From Octopus vulgaris (Eukaryota): a stretch of 64,000 bases of DNA. The stretch is from NCBI GenBank assembly GCA_951406725.2, contig OX597817.1, forward strand, positions 1,922,001-1,986,000. Reading direction: 5' to 3'. A program made the position numbers and the translations under genes. Shown here in pieces: positions 1 to 14,034 of this stretch. Below the pieces are notes generated by a model. That model was not told the origin of the DNA. It worked only from the letters and a program-made list of their open reading frames with translations, and did not search any database. The number at the start of each line of letters is the position of its first letter. Position 1 is the first letter of the stretch.

Positions 1-17
1 TTTCTTATCTAATCATT

Positions 18-90
<73 letters not shown>

Positions 91-336
91 AAACAAATAT
101 TCACACCTCGCCCTAACTTTATGGTTACATTTTTTCTTTTTCCTTTTCACATAAAACCCGCCCACTTTTCGCCCCTTTTCTTATCTAATCCCCAACTCAT
201 CCCTTCTTTCTTTCTCCCTCCCTCTCTCCCCCCGCTCTCTCTTTCCTCTATCGTACAAACATCCTCTTCATTAGCACGTTTCGTTACATAAATCCCGCTC
301 ACTCTTCACTACCTCTTTCCATCCTTTGTTTGCCAT

Positions 337-367
<31 letters not shown>

Positions 368-808
368 GCATTCTCCCCATCTCTCTCTCTCTCTCTCTTT
401 CTGTTCATGTTTTCCTCTAACCTAACTAGTGTTCTCTATATCCTACCTACATACAATTTTGCTCAAAAACCTAGATATACTCTGCCTCGCGGAGAAAGAG
501 CAAAAGATCTTGAGGCGGGTTCTCCAAATCCAATCTATTAGTGATACAGTGAAAATTTGTAAGACATTCCAAAATTATCCATCTGAGATTCTTATGTGAA
601 TGGCTGCACACACTTAGAGTGTAAGCATCAACAGTTCGACCATCACACTAACTCAACTACAGACTTACGAACTCCGGAAATTTCTAAATTCAAAAATTCT
701 TGTCACTTGTCGACCAGCTCGAACTCTCTCCCTAGAAGAACTTAAATAAATCTCAAAGAAAAATCACACACACACACACACACACACACATACATACACG
801 TACAAAGA

Positions 809-2535
809 TACGTGGTAGTATCAAAAAGTTCCTTGACTAGTTCTTATTTCTTTACTGCCCACAAGGACCTACACACAGAGGAGACAAACAAGGACAGACA
901 AACGGATTAAGTAGATTATATCACCCCCAGTGCATAACTGGTACTTATTTAATCGACCCCGAAAGGATGAAAGGCAAAGTCGACCTCGGCGGAATTTGAA
1001 CTCAGAACGTAACGGCAGACGAAATACCTATTTCTTTACTACCCACAAAGGGCTAAACACAGAGAGGACAAACAAGGACAGACAAACGGATTAAGTCGAT
1101 TACATCGACCTCAGTGCGTAACTGGTACTTATTTAATCGACCCCGAAAGGATGAAAGGCAAAGTCGACTTCGGCAGAATTTGGACTCAGAACGTAACGGC
1201 AGACGAAATACCTATTTCTTTACTACCCACAAGGAGCTAAACAAAGAGGGGACAAACAAGGACAGACATAGGTATTAAGTCGATTACATCGACCCCAGTG
1301 CGTAACTGGTACTTAATTTATCGACCCCGAAAGGATGAAAGGCAAAGTCGACCTCGGCGGAATTTGAACTCACAACGTAACGCAGACGAAATACCGCTAA
1401 GCATTTCGCCTGGCATGCTAACGATTCTGCTAGCTTGCCGCCTTGACTAGTTCTGTAGCACGCCAACAGAAGGCAGCACACGGTTGCGAGCGCAGTGACC
1501 TCCATGAGGTATTTGTGTCAAGTGATATCGCTGCGTTTACTTCTCAAGTTGTGAAACTTGTGTATCTGTGATCACGTGTATGCCGTAGTCTGCGATTTCG
1601 TCATGAATGCGAAACTGGAACAAAGAGCCAACATGTAATTTTGCGTTAAATTTGAAAGTATGCAACAGAGACATTGAGCATGCTTCGGCAAGCTTACGGC
1701 GACGAAGCAACGGGTCGTACGCAGTGTTTCGAGTGGCACGGGCGCTTCAGAAGCGGAAGAACGTTCCTGGATGACGATGAGGGATCTGGAAGAGCTGCTA
1801 CGAGAGTCATCCCCAGGAAATGTGAAAATTCATCAGCTTATACGTGAAGATCGTCGGAGGACAACCAACGACATTTCTAATGTTGTTGGTCTGTCGCATA
1901 GGTCTATGCAGGCAATCCTAACGCCTGAATTGAACATGTGGCATTTCTCTGCCAAGTTTGTCCCCCCGTCTGCTGACCACCGAGCAAAAAGAATACCGCA
2001 TCGACGTCTCTCAAGATTACCGTGACAAGAGTTGGGTCTACGGGTACGACCTTGAGACGAAGCAGCAGTCGTCACAGTGGCAGAGCTCTTCATCGCCACG
2101 ACCGAAGAAGATCCGCAGCTCAATCAAGAGCATGCTCATCGTTTTTCTTTTTTTCGACATCTGTGGTATTGTGCATCGAGAATTGCTCCCACCCCCCGAG
2201 CCAGGCCGTCATTTGAGAGTTCTACTGCAACTTTTTGAAGCGTTTGAAGGAGGACATTCGGCGGAAGCGACCGGATCTGTGGAACTCAAAGAATGGAATT
2301 CTTCACGACGAAAATGCACCCTATCGCCGAGCTCTCCTCACTCGTGAGTTTCTTCCTTAAACAACATGGTATCGTTTCTGCATCCACCTTAATCGCCAAA
2401 TTTAGCACCTACGGTCTTCCATCCCTTCCCCAAGATTAAAATGCAGATTAAAGGTCGCCGTTTTAATACCGTTGTCGAGATCCAGGGCGAGTCGCAGAAG
2501 GTCCTTGACTCGCTTACGGTAAATTACTTCTAGAG
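809..2535 (+). mobile_element. Degenerate mariner/Tc1 DNA transposon, interrupted by a SINE multimer (845-1443), 3' truncated
   Basis: TA followed by TIR-like cgtggtagtatcaaaaagttcc at 809. Broken transposase remnants MNAKLEQRANM*FCVK, SAKFVPRLLTTEQKE, WVYGYDLETKQQSSQW, LHDENAP, HPP*SPNLAP. Confidence 0.85.
845..1443 (-). mobile_element. tRNA-derived SINE present as a head-to-tail trimer (about 184-bp units) with a target-site duplication
   Basis: Units 845-1028, 1029-1212 and 1213-1395, plus a tRNA-like head at 1396-1443. B-box gagttcaaattcc on the minus strand. ccttgactagttct is duplicated at 831-844 and 1441-1454. Confidence 0.9.
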
Positions 2536-2546
2536 CGAGTGAAAGA

Positions 2547-2600
<54 letters not shown>

Positions 2601-3639
2601 CTCTTCATTTCTATTTTCTGCTCACTTCAAAACTTGCTGAAAGCACATTTTTTAGCGTTTGATCCCCAGTTATTCTCATCAGCTCAAACTGATGGATTCA
2701 GTCTTTGACATGCTAGAATAAATGAGTATTAGAGAGTCGACAACTGTCTTTGTCTGCTGTTGTCTGCCTATCAAAACGTTTAATAAAACATCATCTCCAC
2801 CTCACAGAAAGTGTCGAAAATTGTAGTCATATCCAGACCTATCGACTATCTGTCTCTTTCGCTTCCACGACGACTTCAAACGATCCCCTTTCCACCCCTC
2901 CAGAGATAAACACAACCCACCTCGTGCTGACTACAAAAATCCTGCCAAATTAGCCAGAAAACACATACACACACACACACACACACACACGTCCATTTCT
3001 ATATCTATTTCAATTTCTGCCCTCTCATTACACAGAAGCCCAATACAATAGCTTCTCTGAAAAGGTACGTGTCTATTTTTTCGATAAGCGAATAACAATG
3101 ACTTCTTCCACACTTCTCCACTTTACCTTTTATGTTCACTTTTTTAAAATTGGATAGTCTGCTATTAAGTTGCAGAACCTTGGCAGTACAGTTAAAAATC
3201 ATTTCTGCTTTACTTCTTACAAACAATTTCCCCGTAAATTCTTACAGCTTCATTTTTTGGTGATGATTGAAATGTCAAACATTTTCTAACTGTTAAAGCA
3301 ATTCTTAACGCCAACTTCTTAATGCCTCTTCTATTTTTTCCTAGCACCAATACTTACCGAGAAAATCGATTAAAACTTCTCCCCCTCTTTCTTCTCTCAT
3401 TAAAACAACCAGTTGCTCACACAGCCGCCATATACCATTCCTCTAGCAACAAGTGGACTACAGGATGACAGTCAACCAAAACTTGCGTTATGCTGTCTCT
3501 CTTCTTTCACCTCTTTGTGGGGTTAATTATCTTCATCTTTAGTTTCTCATTCAAACTACATAATACGCAAAATTGTCGAATTAATACAGTAGGGTGTTTT
3601 GAGGGAGAATAGGCTGCTATTTCTACCAGGTGTACCTGT

Positions 3640-4504
3640 CGATTCATCGACACCTGCGTGCCATCGGAAAAGTCAGCAAATTGGGTCAATGGGTTCCTCG
3701 CAAACTTTCCGAGTCTAATCGCGTGCAGAGAGTGAATGTGTGTCCTTCTTTGCTGCCACGTATCAGGAATTAACCTTTCTTGGACTGATTAGTGACTGGT
3801 GACGAGAAAGGGGTTCTCTATAAAAACATCAAGCGCCGAAGACAGTAGGAAGGGAAAGAAGAAACACCGGTACCCCAGGGGAAAGAAGCTCTTCACCCAC
3901 GTAAGGTGTTGTTATTTGTTTGGTGGTATATGATGGGTTTAGTCCACTGAAAACTTTTAAACCCCAACCAAGCGATAACAAAGGAGATCTACTGCGAGCA
4001 GCTCGAGCAACTTAAGTCAGAAGAAAAATGACCATCTTTGGTTTCAAGACGAAAGGTGTTCTTCCATCTGGATAACGCTCAGCCACAAACAGTGAGGATG
4101 ACATTCCAAAGGTTGGAGCAGTTTAAATGGGAAACGATGACCCACCCACCATATTCGCCGGACATTGCCCCATCTGATTGTCATTTATTCCGCAGTCTTC
4201 TAAATCTCTTGGACTGAAAAAATATGAATTCTGTAGTCGAGGTCAGAACAGTACTGAAGGAGTATTTTTCGTCACGGACAAGTGAATTTTGGATGGCACG
4301 CAGGTGTCGATGAATGGTTGAATGACCAAATCCAAGCTTCTCTGCTAGTACCTCAGCAGTTACGATGGGATTTTCTTCCAACAGGGTTTGCAGGACATCC
4401 TCGTCAACTAGATAGATGAAAGAGCCTTGAAGAAAATGAAGAAGAGTATATTTTAGATTAAAAAAAGAACTTATTAAAAAATAAAAGAAGTATTAAACAA
4501 CCGC

Positions 4505-4510
<6 letters not shown>
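3640..4510 (+). mobile_element. Mariner transposase remnant with an internal inverted segment
   Basis: Remnants IHRHLRAIGKVSKLGQWVPR, LVTGDEK, FFHLDNAQP, HPPYSPDIAPSDCHLFRSL, EYILD*. 4292-4407 is the upstream HTH part of a mariner transposase in reverse orientation (ORF 4181-4381 minus: ENPIVTAEVLAEKLGFGHSTIHRHL). Confidence 0.85.
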
Positions 4511-4538
<28 letters not shown>

Positions 4539-5752
4539 CAATCAGTAAGATAAATTTTGAAAACAGAGATCTTCTAACATTAAGAAAAGGGAAAGTTTAG
4601 TAACTTTTATATATATATATATTTCAGGCATAAAAACTCATCATAAGAATTAATCAAACTGCTTGAAGAAATGTAAGTTAACGTAGATCCTGCTATGTTG
4701 ATCATTCTGCGGACAACACTTAACAGCAGTATCTATACAAACAGACATTTCATTGAACCGTTCACTTTCTGAAGATGCGCTTTTGTGCTTAAAATATATT
4801 AAGGTTACTCGACTTGCCCTTTTCGTACAATTAGAATCTCCTTGTTTTCGTTATTTATTTTACTTCTGTGTCACAATGCTTCAAGCAAGCTACAAGCTAC
4901 GCCTTACATATTAATTATCTTTTGTTCAACAGACCATTTAACTGATTCACGCTTCGATTAATTTCTTTTCTTTCATATATTTTTATTTCTACTTCGTCGT
5001 TTTGTTTTAATGTTGATCTCGCTGCAAGAGGCAGGTGTTAACCGTTTGAACTATTACTTTGTTTGTTTGTTTGTTTTGATGGTTGTTAAGCCGTCACAAA
5101 ACAAGAGGTGTCAACCGTTTAAACTAAGCTCTTTGAAATTTTTTAATTAAGATATAACCATTACCCAGATTTCCGCCTCAGCAAACAGCAAAACGAACTC
5201 TAACAACACAAACAGGTCGACCACTCGACCTACTGAAAATAGCAGTGAAACTCCCTCAAATAACACCTTACTTATTTAACCTTTCACTCCATAGGAGGGG
5301 CGACCACTGACGACTGCTCTCGAGTCTAGGCTGTCTCTTCTTCCAAGTCTTGTTGACTTTGAATTGCCATCGATGCTTCTCCTGTAACTTCGCTTATTTT
5401 CTGGGTAATGGTGTTTGACCATACGCAAACCCATTCTTTAAGCTCTGTGAAAAGATGGTCCTTACCAGTTTGAGCATTTTTATCCTTTGATATGTCTAGT
5501 GTGGGGAGGCTCTACAAGGAGCATGCGTTCCGCTGGAATTGTTCTCGGGGTTATTGAAGAACACAACTCTCACACACCACAACAAGCACTGGACGTTGTT
5601 AGCGGACAAATCACACTGTACCGAATTTGAAAAAAAGTAGGACGCTAGACATTAAAAAAGCACGCCATAACTGGAATATCTCTAGTCATAAGTCTTACCA
5701 ATAAGGTTTGAGCTATGCCTAAACGACAACAACAATAACAACAGCAACAACA

Positions 5753-5935
5753 GTGGAGGCGCAATGGCCCAGTGGTTAGGGCAGCGGACACGCGGTCGAA
5801 AGAGCGCAGTTTCGATTACCAGGCCGGGCATTGTGAGTGTTTATTGAGCAAAAACACCTAAGCTCCAAAAGGCTCTGGTGGGGGGTGGGGGGTGAACCCT
5901 TTCACCACAACTTTCTCTCACTCTTTCTTCCTACT
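5753..5935 (+). mobile_element. tRNA-derived SINE, family with head tggaggcgcaatggcccagtggttaggg
   Basis: A-box tggcccagtgg and B-box-like gtttcgattacc. Related copies at 20257-20506 (+), 23313-23608 (+), 38526-38832 (-) and 53943-54191 (+). Confidence 0.8.
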
Positions 5936-7084
5936 TCTGCCACAAAGCAGAGGGACCATGGTGTAACCCACTATGGTGTGGTAAACTTTCAGACCCTAGT
6001 CTTGATTGCGAATCCTCTGTACCCCAGGATGGTTCAGCTCTCCACCCGTTAAAAGCCACCTTTTACGGAATGAGGATAACAACGTAGCTTTTGCGCCCGT
6101 GCAACCGCCAGTCTATCGCGTGTGGTGGGTGCATCTTCAAGTTGCCACACGCATTCTTAGTAGCTTAGAGTAGGCTCGAATTAGAGTAAATAAATAAAAA
6201 TCACATTTGACTACTATTTCTAGCAATAGGAGTGCCCACGTAAAAGCTCCCCTTTCGACATCACAGTAATGGTAATGATGGTGGGGGCGAAGATGCAGAT
6301 GATTGCGTTGTTGCTTCTGCCTTGCTTCTCTGAAGGTGTGTGGCTTAATTGTTAGGGTATTCGGCTGACGATTGAAAGGAGTTCGATACCTAGCGACGCG
6401 CAAATTTTTTTCCCACAAGAGTTCCGGACCACAGTTATGAACTCATTTGCGTACAGCCAACCAGAGCTCAACAATCAAACTAATTAATGAGTGATGGGCG
6501 AGGAATGGCCAGGCTTCTTTTCTCTTTTCAGAATGCTTGTTGTTCTTGTTCTTGTTTCAACCCTGACAGCTTTTGCGTAGTTCTGTTGTTTACTTTGTAA
6601 AACAGTTAGGGGAGAGGGTCGCTAGCCCATCACCCTCTACCCACATTTTCCCCGTCCACACCCATACCATATGGGGTCCTAACACAACCCGATAACAGGT
6701 ACAGATGCAAATCTATCCAATTACGTGTCTCCTTCTAAAACCAGACAGAACTTGGCCATCGGTCGACTCTGTTCTTCGTCATGAGTTTAGTTGGTAGAGT
6801 GTGTTTGTTGATCGGCTGTATGCAAATGAGTTCATTACTAGGGTCCGGAATTCTCGTGGGAAAAAAAAAGATTTCGCCAGCGGCGCGATGTGGTCTTGAG
6901 CAGGACACGTTATTTCACGTTGCTTCAATCCGTTCACCTGGCAGAAATTAGAAGTACCTGTATTTCAAAAGGGCCAGCTTTGTCCACATTCCGTATCACG
7001 CTGAATCTCCCTAATAACTACGTTAAGGGTACACGTGTCTGTGGAGTGCTCAGCCATTTGGACGTTAATTTCACGAGCAGGCTT

Positions 7085-7201
7085 TCTTTCACACTGCTCT
7101 CTCACTCTCTCTCTCTCTCTCTCTCTCTCGCTCACACACACACACACACACACACACTCATTCTTCCCATCTCTCTCTCTCACTTTCCTTCTCTCTCTCC
7201 A

Positions 7202-7244
<43 letters not shown>

Positions 7245-7296
7245 CACACACACACACACACACACACTCATTCTTCCCATCTCTCCCTCTCACTTT

Positions 7297-7330
<34 letters not shown>

Positions 7331-7947
7331 ATTGTTATTTTTTGCTCCGCCTTTTTCCTTTCCACTTGAAATATCTCTTTTAAAATTGCATTTCTAACCA
7401 ACGTAATTTCTCTTCTCTTACTTTTACCCTCTCTTTATTTTAATACTACTTTTACTCCGCCTCGTCTCGCCTCGCATCCCCCTAGCCCCGCCCACATTTG
7501 TCTTTCTTTCTTTCTTTTCGCTGCCCAACCTCATACTCCCTCTTTTTCTCTTAATATATCTTTCCTTCCTGTCATTTATTTATTCTTTCTTCCTTTCTTC
7601 CTTCCTTCCTTTATCTCCCTGTTCCCTTTCTCATACATCACTGTTCTCTCTCACATCTCTGCGTCTACTACGGGTTCCGCCCACCCTCATGCCCCTCCTA
7701 TCAGTGATACACCTAGTCTCGTCCTCTTCCTCTCTCACTTCCTCTCTCTCTCTCTCTCAATTCCTCTCTCTCTCTCTCTCTTATTTAATACGAATAAATT
7801 GTTTCCCTTTCTTTTCCTTCGACATATTTTTAATTCTTCACGCTCTGCTTGCATTCCTTTCATACCGATTATACACACACAAACATTGCACCGTTATAAA
7901 TACATGTGTGTGTTTGAGTGCGCGCGCTTTGTATGTGAGTGTGTGTG

Positions 7948-7985
<38 letters not shown>

Positions 7986-8020
7986 TAGAGAGAAAGAAGG
8001 AAAGAAAGAGAGAGAGAAAC

Positions 8021-8053
<33 letters not shown>

Positions 8054-8066
8054 GAGAAAGAAGGAA

Positions 8067-8125
<59 letters not shown>

Positions 8126-8145
8126 CAGAGATAGATAGAGAGAGA
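7085..8145. repeat. (CT)n/(CA)n/(GA)n microsatellite-rich tract with local duplications
   Basis: Long CT, CA and AG runs; the unit cacactcattcttcccatctctc...cactttccttc is duplicated within 7150-7320. Confidence 0.9.
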
Positions 8146-8248
8146 TGAATTTACAAAGTGAAACGAAATTCCTTGCACTGTCTATTCCGGTTTCTTGCGT
8201 TCTGGGTTCAAATCTCGCAGAGGTCAACTTTGCATTATCACACCTAAC

Positions 8249-8483
8249 TTTTTACTCTTTTTTTACTCTTTTACTTGTTTCAGTCATTTGACTGCGGCCA
8301 TGCTGGAGCGCTGCCTTTAGTCGATCAAATCGACCTCAGGACTTACTCTTTATAAGCCCAGTACTTATTCGATCGGTCTCTTTTGCCGAACCGCTAAGTG
8401 ACGGGGACGTAAACACACCAGCATCGGTTGTCAAGCAATGCGAGGGGGACAAACACAGACACACAAACATACACGCACATACA

Positions 8484-8515
<32 letters not shown>

Positions 8516-8672
8516 CACGACGGGCTTCTTTCAGTTTCCGTCTACCTAATCCACTCACAAGGCTTTGGTTGGCCCGGGGCTATAGCAGAAGACACTTGCC
8601 CAAGATGCCACGCAGTGGGACTGAACCCGGAACCATTTGGTTGGTAAGCAAACCACTTACCACACAGCCACT
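8249..8672 (-). mobile_element. tRNA-derived SINE with internal (TA)n(TG)n and (AAAGAGT)n tail
   Basis: Shared body actgaaagaagcccgtcg ... gacaaccgatgctggtgtg ... ccagcatggccgcagtcaaatgactgaaacaagtaaaagagt. Other copies at 17742-17898 (-, partial), 27368-27776 (-), 47036-47443 (+) and 59928-60310 (+). Confidence 0.9.
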
Positions 8673-8722
8673 TGTTCATATCTCTCTCTCTCTATCTCTC
8701 ACTTGTTTGTAGAATAGTTATT

Positions 8723-9157
8723 CTTTTCTACTCTAGGCACAAGGCCCGAGATTTGGGGGGAGGGGCAAGTCGATTTGATCGACCTCAGTAGGCAACTGGT
8801 ACTTAAGGCCCGAGATTTGGGGGGAGGGGCAAGTCGATTTGATCGACCTCAGTAGGCAACTGGTACTTAGTTTATCGACCTTGAAAGCATGAAAGGCGAA
8901 GTCGACCTCGGCGGAATTTATACTCAGAACATAGAGACAAACGAAATACCTATTTCTTTACTACCCACAAGGGGTTAAACACAGAGAGGACAAACAAGGC
9001 CAGACAAACAGATTAAGTCGATTACATCGACTCCAGTGCGTAACTGGTACTTAATTTATCGAACCCACAAGGATGAAAGACAAAGTCGAACTCGGTGGAA
9101 TTTGAACTCAGAACGTAGCGGCAGACGAAATATGGCTACGCATTTCTCCCGGCGCCT
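8723..9157 (-). mobile_element. Chimeric SINE dimer with a 20-bp target-site duplication and an internal tandem duplication of about 63 bp
   Basis: ttgtttgtagaatagttatt at 8703-8722 and 9158-9177. aaggcccgagatttggggg...ggtactt is repeated at 8741 and 8805. Unit junction gaaatacc|tatttc at 8950/8951. Confidence 0.85.
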
Positions 9158-9484
9158 TTGTTTGTAGAATAGTTATTACAGATGGTAGAGGCCCTCAGCA
9201 GAGTGCTACAGTTCGCATCCTGCCAGCACCATTGCGCCCATTTGATTAGGCCGTACCTAAGTAGGCACTATTGGGTATCTTACAAACTCACTGCTGAAAA
9301 CGAGAGAAAGAAGAGTAAATAATTGAAATAGGGGTTTCCGAGTTTGGGCTCTGATGAACGGATTACCAACTGAGCGGTTGGTAGTTCGTATTTTGTCACT
9401 GCTGCTGTCTTTGTGTTCGCAGCCAAAAGCATTTGAGTTGTCCTCAACAGCCGAACTCATCTTTGTGCGAACCACATGGAAATG

Positions 9485-10120
<636 letters not shown>

Positions 10121-10940
10121 GATAATCAAGTTACTTGTTATCCCCAGAAGTAAGAAGAAGAAGAAGAAGAGGAAGAAGGAGGAGGAGAATAAGAAGGTGG
10201 TGGTGGTGGTGGTGGTGGTGATGATGATGATGAAAGAAAAATAACTATTTATTCGAAAATGATAAAAAACACACACACACAAACACATTTGAACCTGAAA
10301 TAGTTTAGCGCTACGGAAACTAGAAAGAAGCACTATCGGCTGCTTGGATCTTTTGATTCAGAATAAGACAAGATCCAGTAGAGATAAAAGTCAAAGCGGT
10401 TTGTTAGTTTACTGTGAGTAGAAGATATTTCAAACGATTTAAGCTGAATTATCTGTTGAAGAATGAAGCTTTATCTTTTCATTCTTTTTATCTCATAGTA
10501 AGGAAGGAGGACAATGCTTGTGACCCATTACGGGGCCCTGGTACTGGTTGGAAGGAAAAAAGGAGGTAGTTGTCCTCAAACCGGAAACCTAATTCGAAAG
10601 CTTGCAAGAAAGTGAACTGTACTAGAGGAACAAAGCTGTTAAATCGGGCGACGGGATGTCTATCACCCAAGTAGGTCATGGTAGAATTTGAACTTAGAAC
10701 GCATAAAACCGGAACAAATACCAGAAGGCAACCATACAGTTCCATCAATCCACTGCCTTCGATCGGTTCTCTTTTTATGTAGATCCCCGAAAGGATGAAA
10801 AGCAACGCTGACCTTAGCGGGATTTGAACTCGAAGCTGAGCAAATAGCGCGAAGCATTCTGTCAGACGCTACAACGAGTATGCCAGTTCGTCGACTTTTA
10901 GTGCTTATAGTGATAACACCACACACACACACACACAAAA

Positions 10941-10987
<47 letters not shown>

Positions 10988-13384
10988 CACACGATGAGTT
11001 TTTGATTAGTTTTCGTATAGCAAATTACACTCATTATCAGCCTGCGCCTGCAGTTCAAGACTACAAGTCTAAAGAATGATCAAATCTGGTGCCATATACG
11101 AGTCTTTACTATTATTCATTTGTCCTGGTAAATAGTTTGTACTTGTTGGTGCTATTGTTGTATAGATACCTCAGCGGACAGTTTCAGGGCGGAAGTGTTG
11201 AGATCTTTCGGTACCCGTTGTTCATCTCGGGTTTTTCTCTGTTGTGTGCCAAGGTTCAGAACAAGATTGTCGAGTATCTTCCTTGTATTGATTCTCTGAG
11301 TTCTCCAAAGAATAACGACGCGCAACGAAGGCGTTCTCAGTAGTTAAGGTTCCTGATTTGGGCTATTTTTCTTTGAAGAGTACTGTTTGCAATTTAATGA
11401 CTTATAGGGACACTGCATTTCGTTGTGCAACTGTATTATACTGCAAAGTATATTAAACGTTTTTATAGGTCACTATTGTGTTCTATGCGTTTGCAGTGCT
11501 ATTACATCATTTGTTTAGGTTATCGCTACAGGTTTTCTTCAGGAATTGTAACCAGCACTGATTTTGTTACATTTCGTATCCGAGATGCCTGATGTAAAGC
11601 AACAAGATCGAAGACGAAAAACAGATAATAGGTCATGTAAAATTGGTACATCCAATAACATTATACCGCTATATTTAGTGGCTATTTAAGAAATGGGATC
11701 TTTTCCCTTTGAATGGCAGATCGAGAAATTAATTTTTTGTAACTAAGCACTTTCAAACTTCGGACACTGGTAGAATGCGTCATATAAAACATCATTTAAA
11801 AACAGGGGAAAAAAACTAAAAGCAGTAGAAATGCACGAACAATTATGGTGTTGCCATGAAGTAAACATGCTTTAGATACATTCGTTTATTCATCCAAACG
11901 TAACCGAGATGAAATATGTCATAAATAATAGTGACAAACGAAATATACACCACTGGAAGTTGTTGTTTTTTTTTTGTTTGTTTCGTCAAATTTTTGCAGC
12001 TTATGATATAAGATCTTACGATCGTATCAAATTACTCTCAGTCAAAGCTTGATACATAGAAAGACTTCAGAATGTAGCTGCGTGGTTGTAGAATTCCGGT
12101 TCTCTGTATTCTAAGTACGAATTCTACCAAGGTCAACATTACTTTTCATCCTTTGGGCTTGAAAAAAAGAAAAATAAAGAAGTACCAGTCTTATAATAAA
12201 AGCAATTCTTTTTTCTATTTGTTTCTTTCTTTCCTTTTGGAAGAAATCCACAACGGTCAAGTATAGAAAGGGATGAACTTTGCTAGGTGTAAAAGAGCCC
12301 AAGGCACGCCGTATGTTACAGCAAAATATCTACGACTCCATCAATATTTAAGAGATCAGAGCAAGGCATTACTCTTTTATGTTTCGCACGAAACAATAAC
12401 ATTCAAAAGTCCTTTCAAGAATGAAAACTTTTTCGGCATCATATTCAGCATGAAGTGAGAATTGTAGCAATTTTATCGCCACTATTTTCTTGCAAGGAAC
12501 AAGGTTATTGGAAATGGATTAACAGATAGTTTCATCATCGCCTTAACTTTATGTTCTACATACAAAAGACATCCGTGATTAAGTAATGTCCTAATTATTA
12601 TATTAAGTTGACACGCCTGACACGCCAGCCTAAGATCCATCAAATTGTGTTCAACTGAAGACGTTTAATAATACCGAAGCATGTCTACAATTACCACTAT
12701 TCTTACCAAAAAGTTCTTTCCGTACGATATGCCAATATTCAATTATTGATTAATTTGGAAAACGCAGTTGTCTCCCTTCCCGCTCCTGGTCAAAATTACA
12801 AAATGAATCCAGTGAATATTTCTCTTCACTCCATGTGTTATTTTAATTAAACAATTTTTTTGTTTGTATTTAGTATGTTTTCTTCTGCTCATCTATAAAT
12901 ATGTGTGTGTGTGTGTACGTTCGTGTGTGTGAGTGTGTAAACATGTGTAGGTACATACATTCCTGCATAAAAATTTCTTGCTACAGATCGATATATAGAC
13001 AGCTAGATAGATACATACATACATACATACAAACATGCATACGGACATACTTATATCAGTTACTGACAGAATGGGAGGGGTACCGTTGCGACACATGGCT
13101 TACCCAGGGGGATTTTTAACTTGGTGGTGGTGCTCATCCTCTTTCCAAGTTTGGATACATCCGATTTCATGTAGGGAGCGGAGCGAGAGAAAAGGGGGCG
13201 GAGAAGGAGGGGGGGGAAATCGACGCTAGCTTTAGGCTGATACTTTATGCATCGACTCTGAGTGGATACAAAACAAAGCTGACAGGTTTTGAACTCAGAA
13301 CCGAGAGAACTAGAAAGAATAACACCATGTATTCTATCTGGTGCCATCACAACTTCGCCGAATTACATTCATGCACACGTACAC

Positions 13385-13387
13385 ACT

Positions 13388-13459
<72 letters not shown>

Positions 13460-13577
13460 CACATACATACATACATACATACATACATACATACATACAT
13501 ACATACATACGTAGAAGCATTCATGCACACATACATGCATACATAGTTATAAATAGATGCGCATCCATAAGCAAGCA

Positions 13578-13637
<60 letters not shown>

Positions 13638-13645
13638 CGTGCGTG
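13385..13645. repeat. (CA)n/(TA)n/(CATA)n/(TG)n microsatellite cluster
   Basis: Directly visible. Confidence 0.95.
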
Positions 13646-14034
13646 ATTATCGTCTGGTTTCACCTCTGATTAAACATGGTTTCCATCAGTGATGATAGTG
13701 GCTCGTTTAAGCTATCAGTGTTATTTCCTGGTCGACTATCAAAACAAGACGCGATAACGGTGATTCCGGCAGGGAATAACAGCCCTGAATGAACATCAAT
13801 TAAGATAAGCTGGACATGATCGCAACACAGTACTCTATCCGCCCACGCATTTATGCAAACGAACCCACGTATAGGTACGTAACAACACACTGCACAACAT
13901 GCGCACATAAAACCTCTAAAAAAATTCATCCATCTCACAAACATATATGCGTGTGTGTACATTTGATCTGTAGTTCGTAACTAGTAATACTATTCATTGT
14001 AGAAGTTAATACAGGAAGCAATTTCTGCTATATA

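Noticed and set aside
845-1395. Regular repeats that could be read as a CRISPR-like array
   Set aside because: The units are whole SINE bodies without unique spacers, and the context is eukaryotic.
2645-2690. CTGATGAG on the minus strand followed by ATCAAACG
   Set aside because: No G in GAAA and no convincing stems.
5753-5830. tRNA-like sequences (also at 20257, 23313, 47036 and 53943)
   Set aside because: They are SINE heads continuing into repeat bodies, with no complete cloverleaf or terminator.
5290-6860. Possible RTE LINE 5' UTR fragments or HDV-like ribozyme
   Set aside because: I could not establish the nested pseudoknot or a coding remnant by eye.
9257-9475. 72-aa minus-strand ORF of ordinary composition
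   Set aside because: No recognisable motif or splice signals, and it lies next to a pogo remnant.
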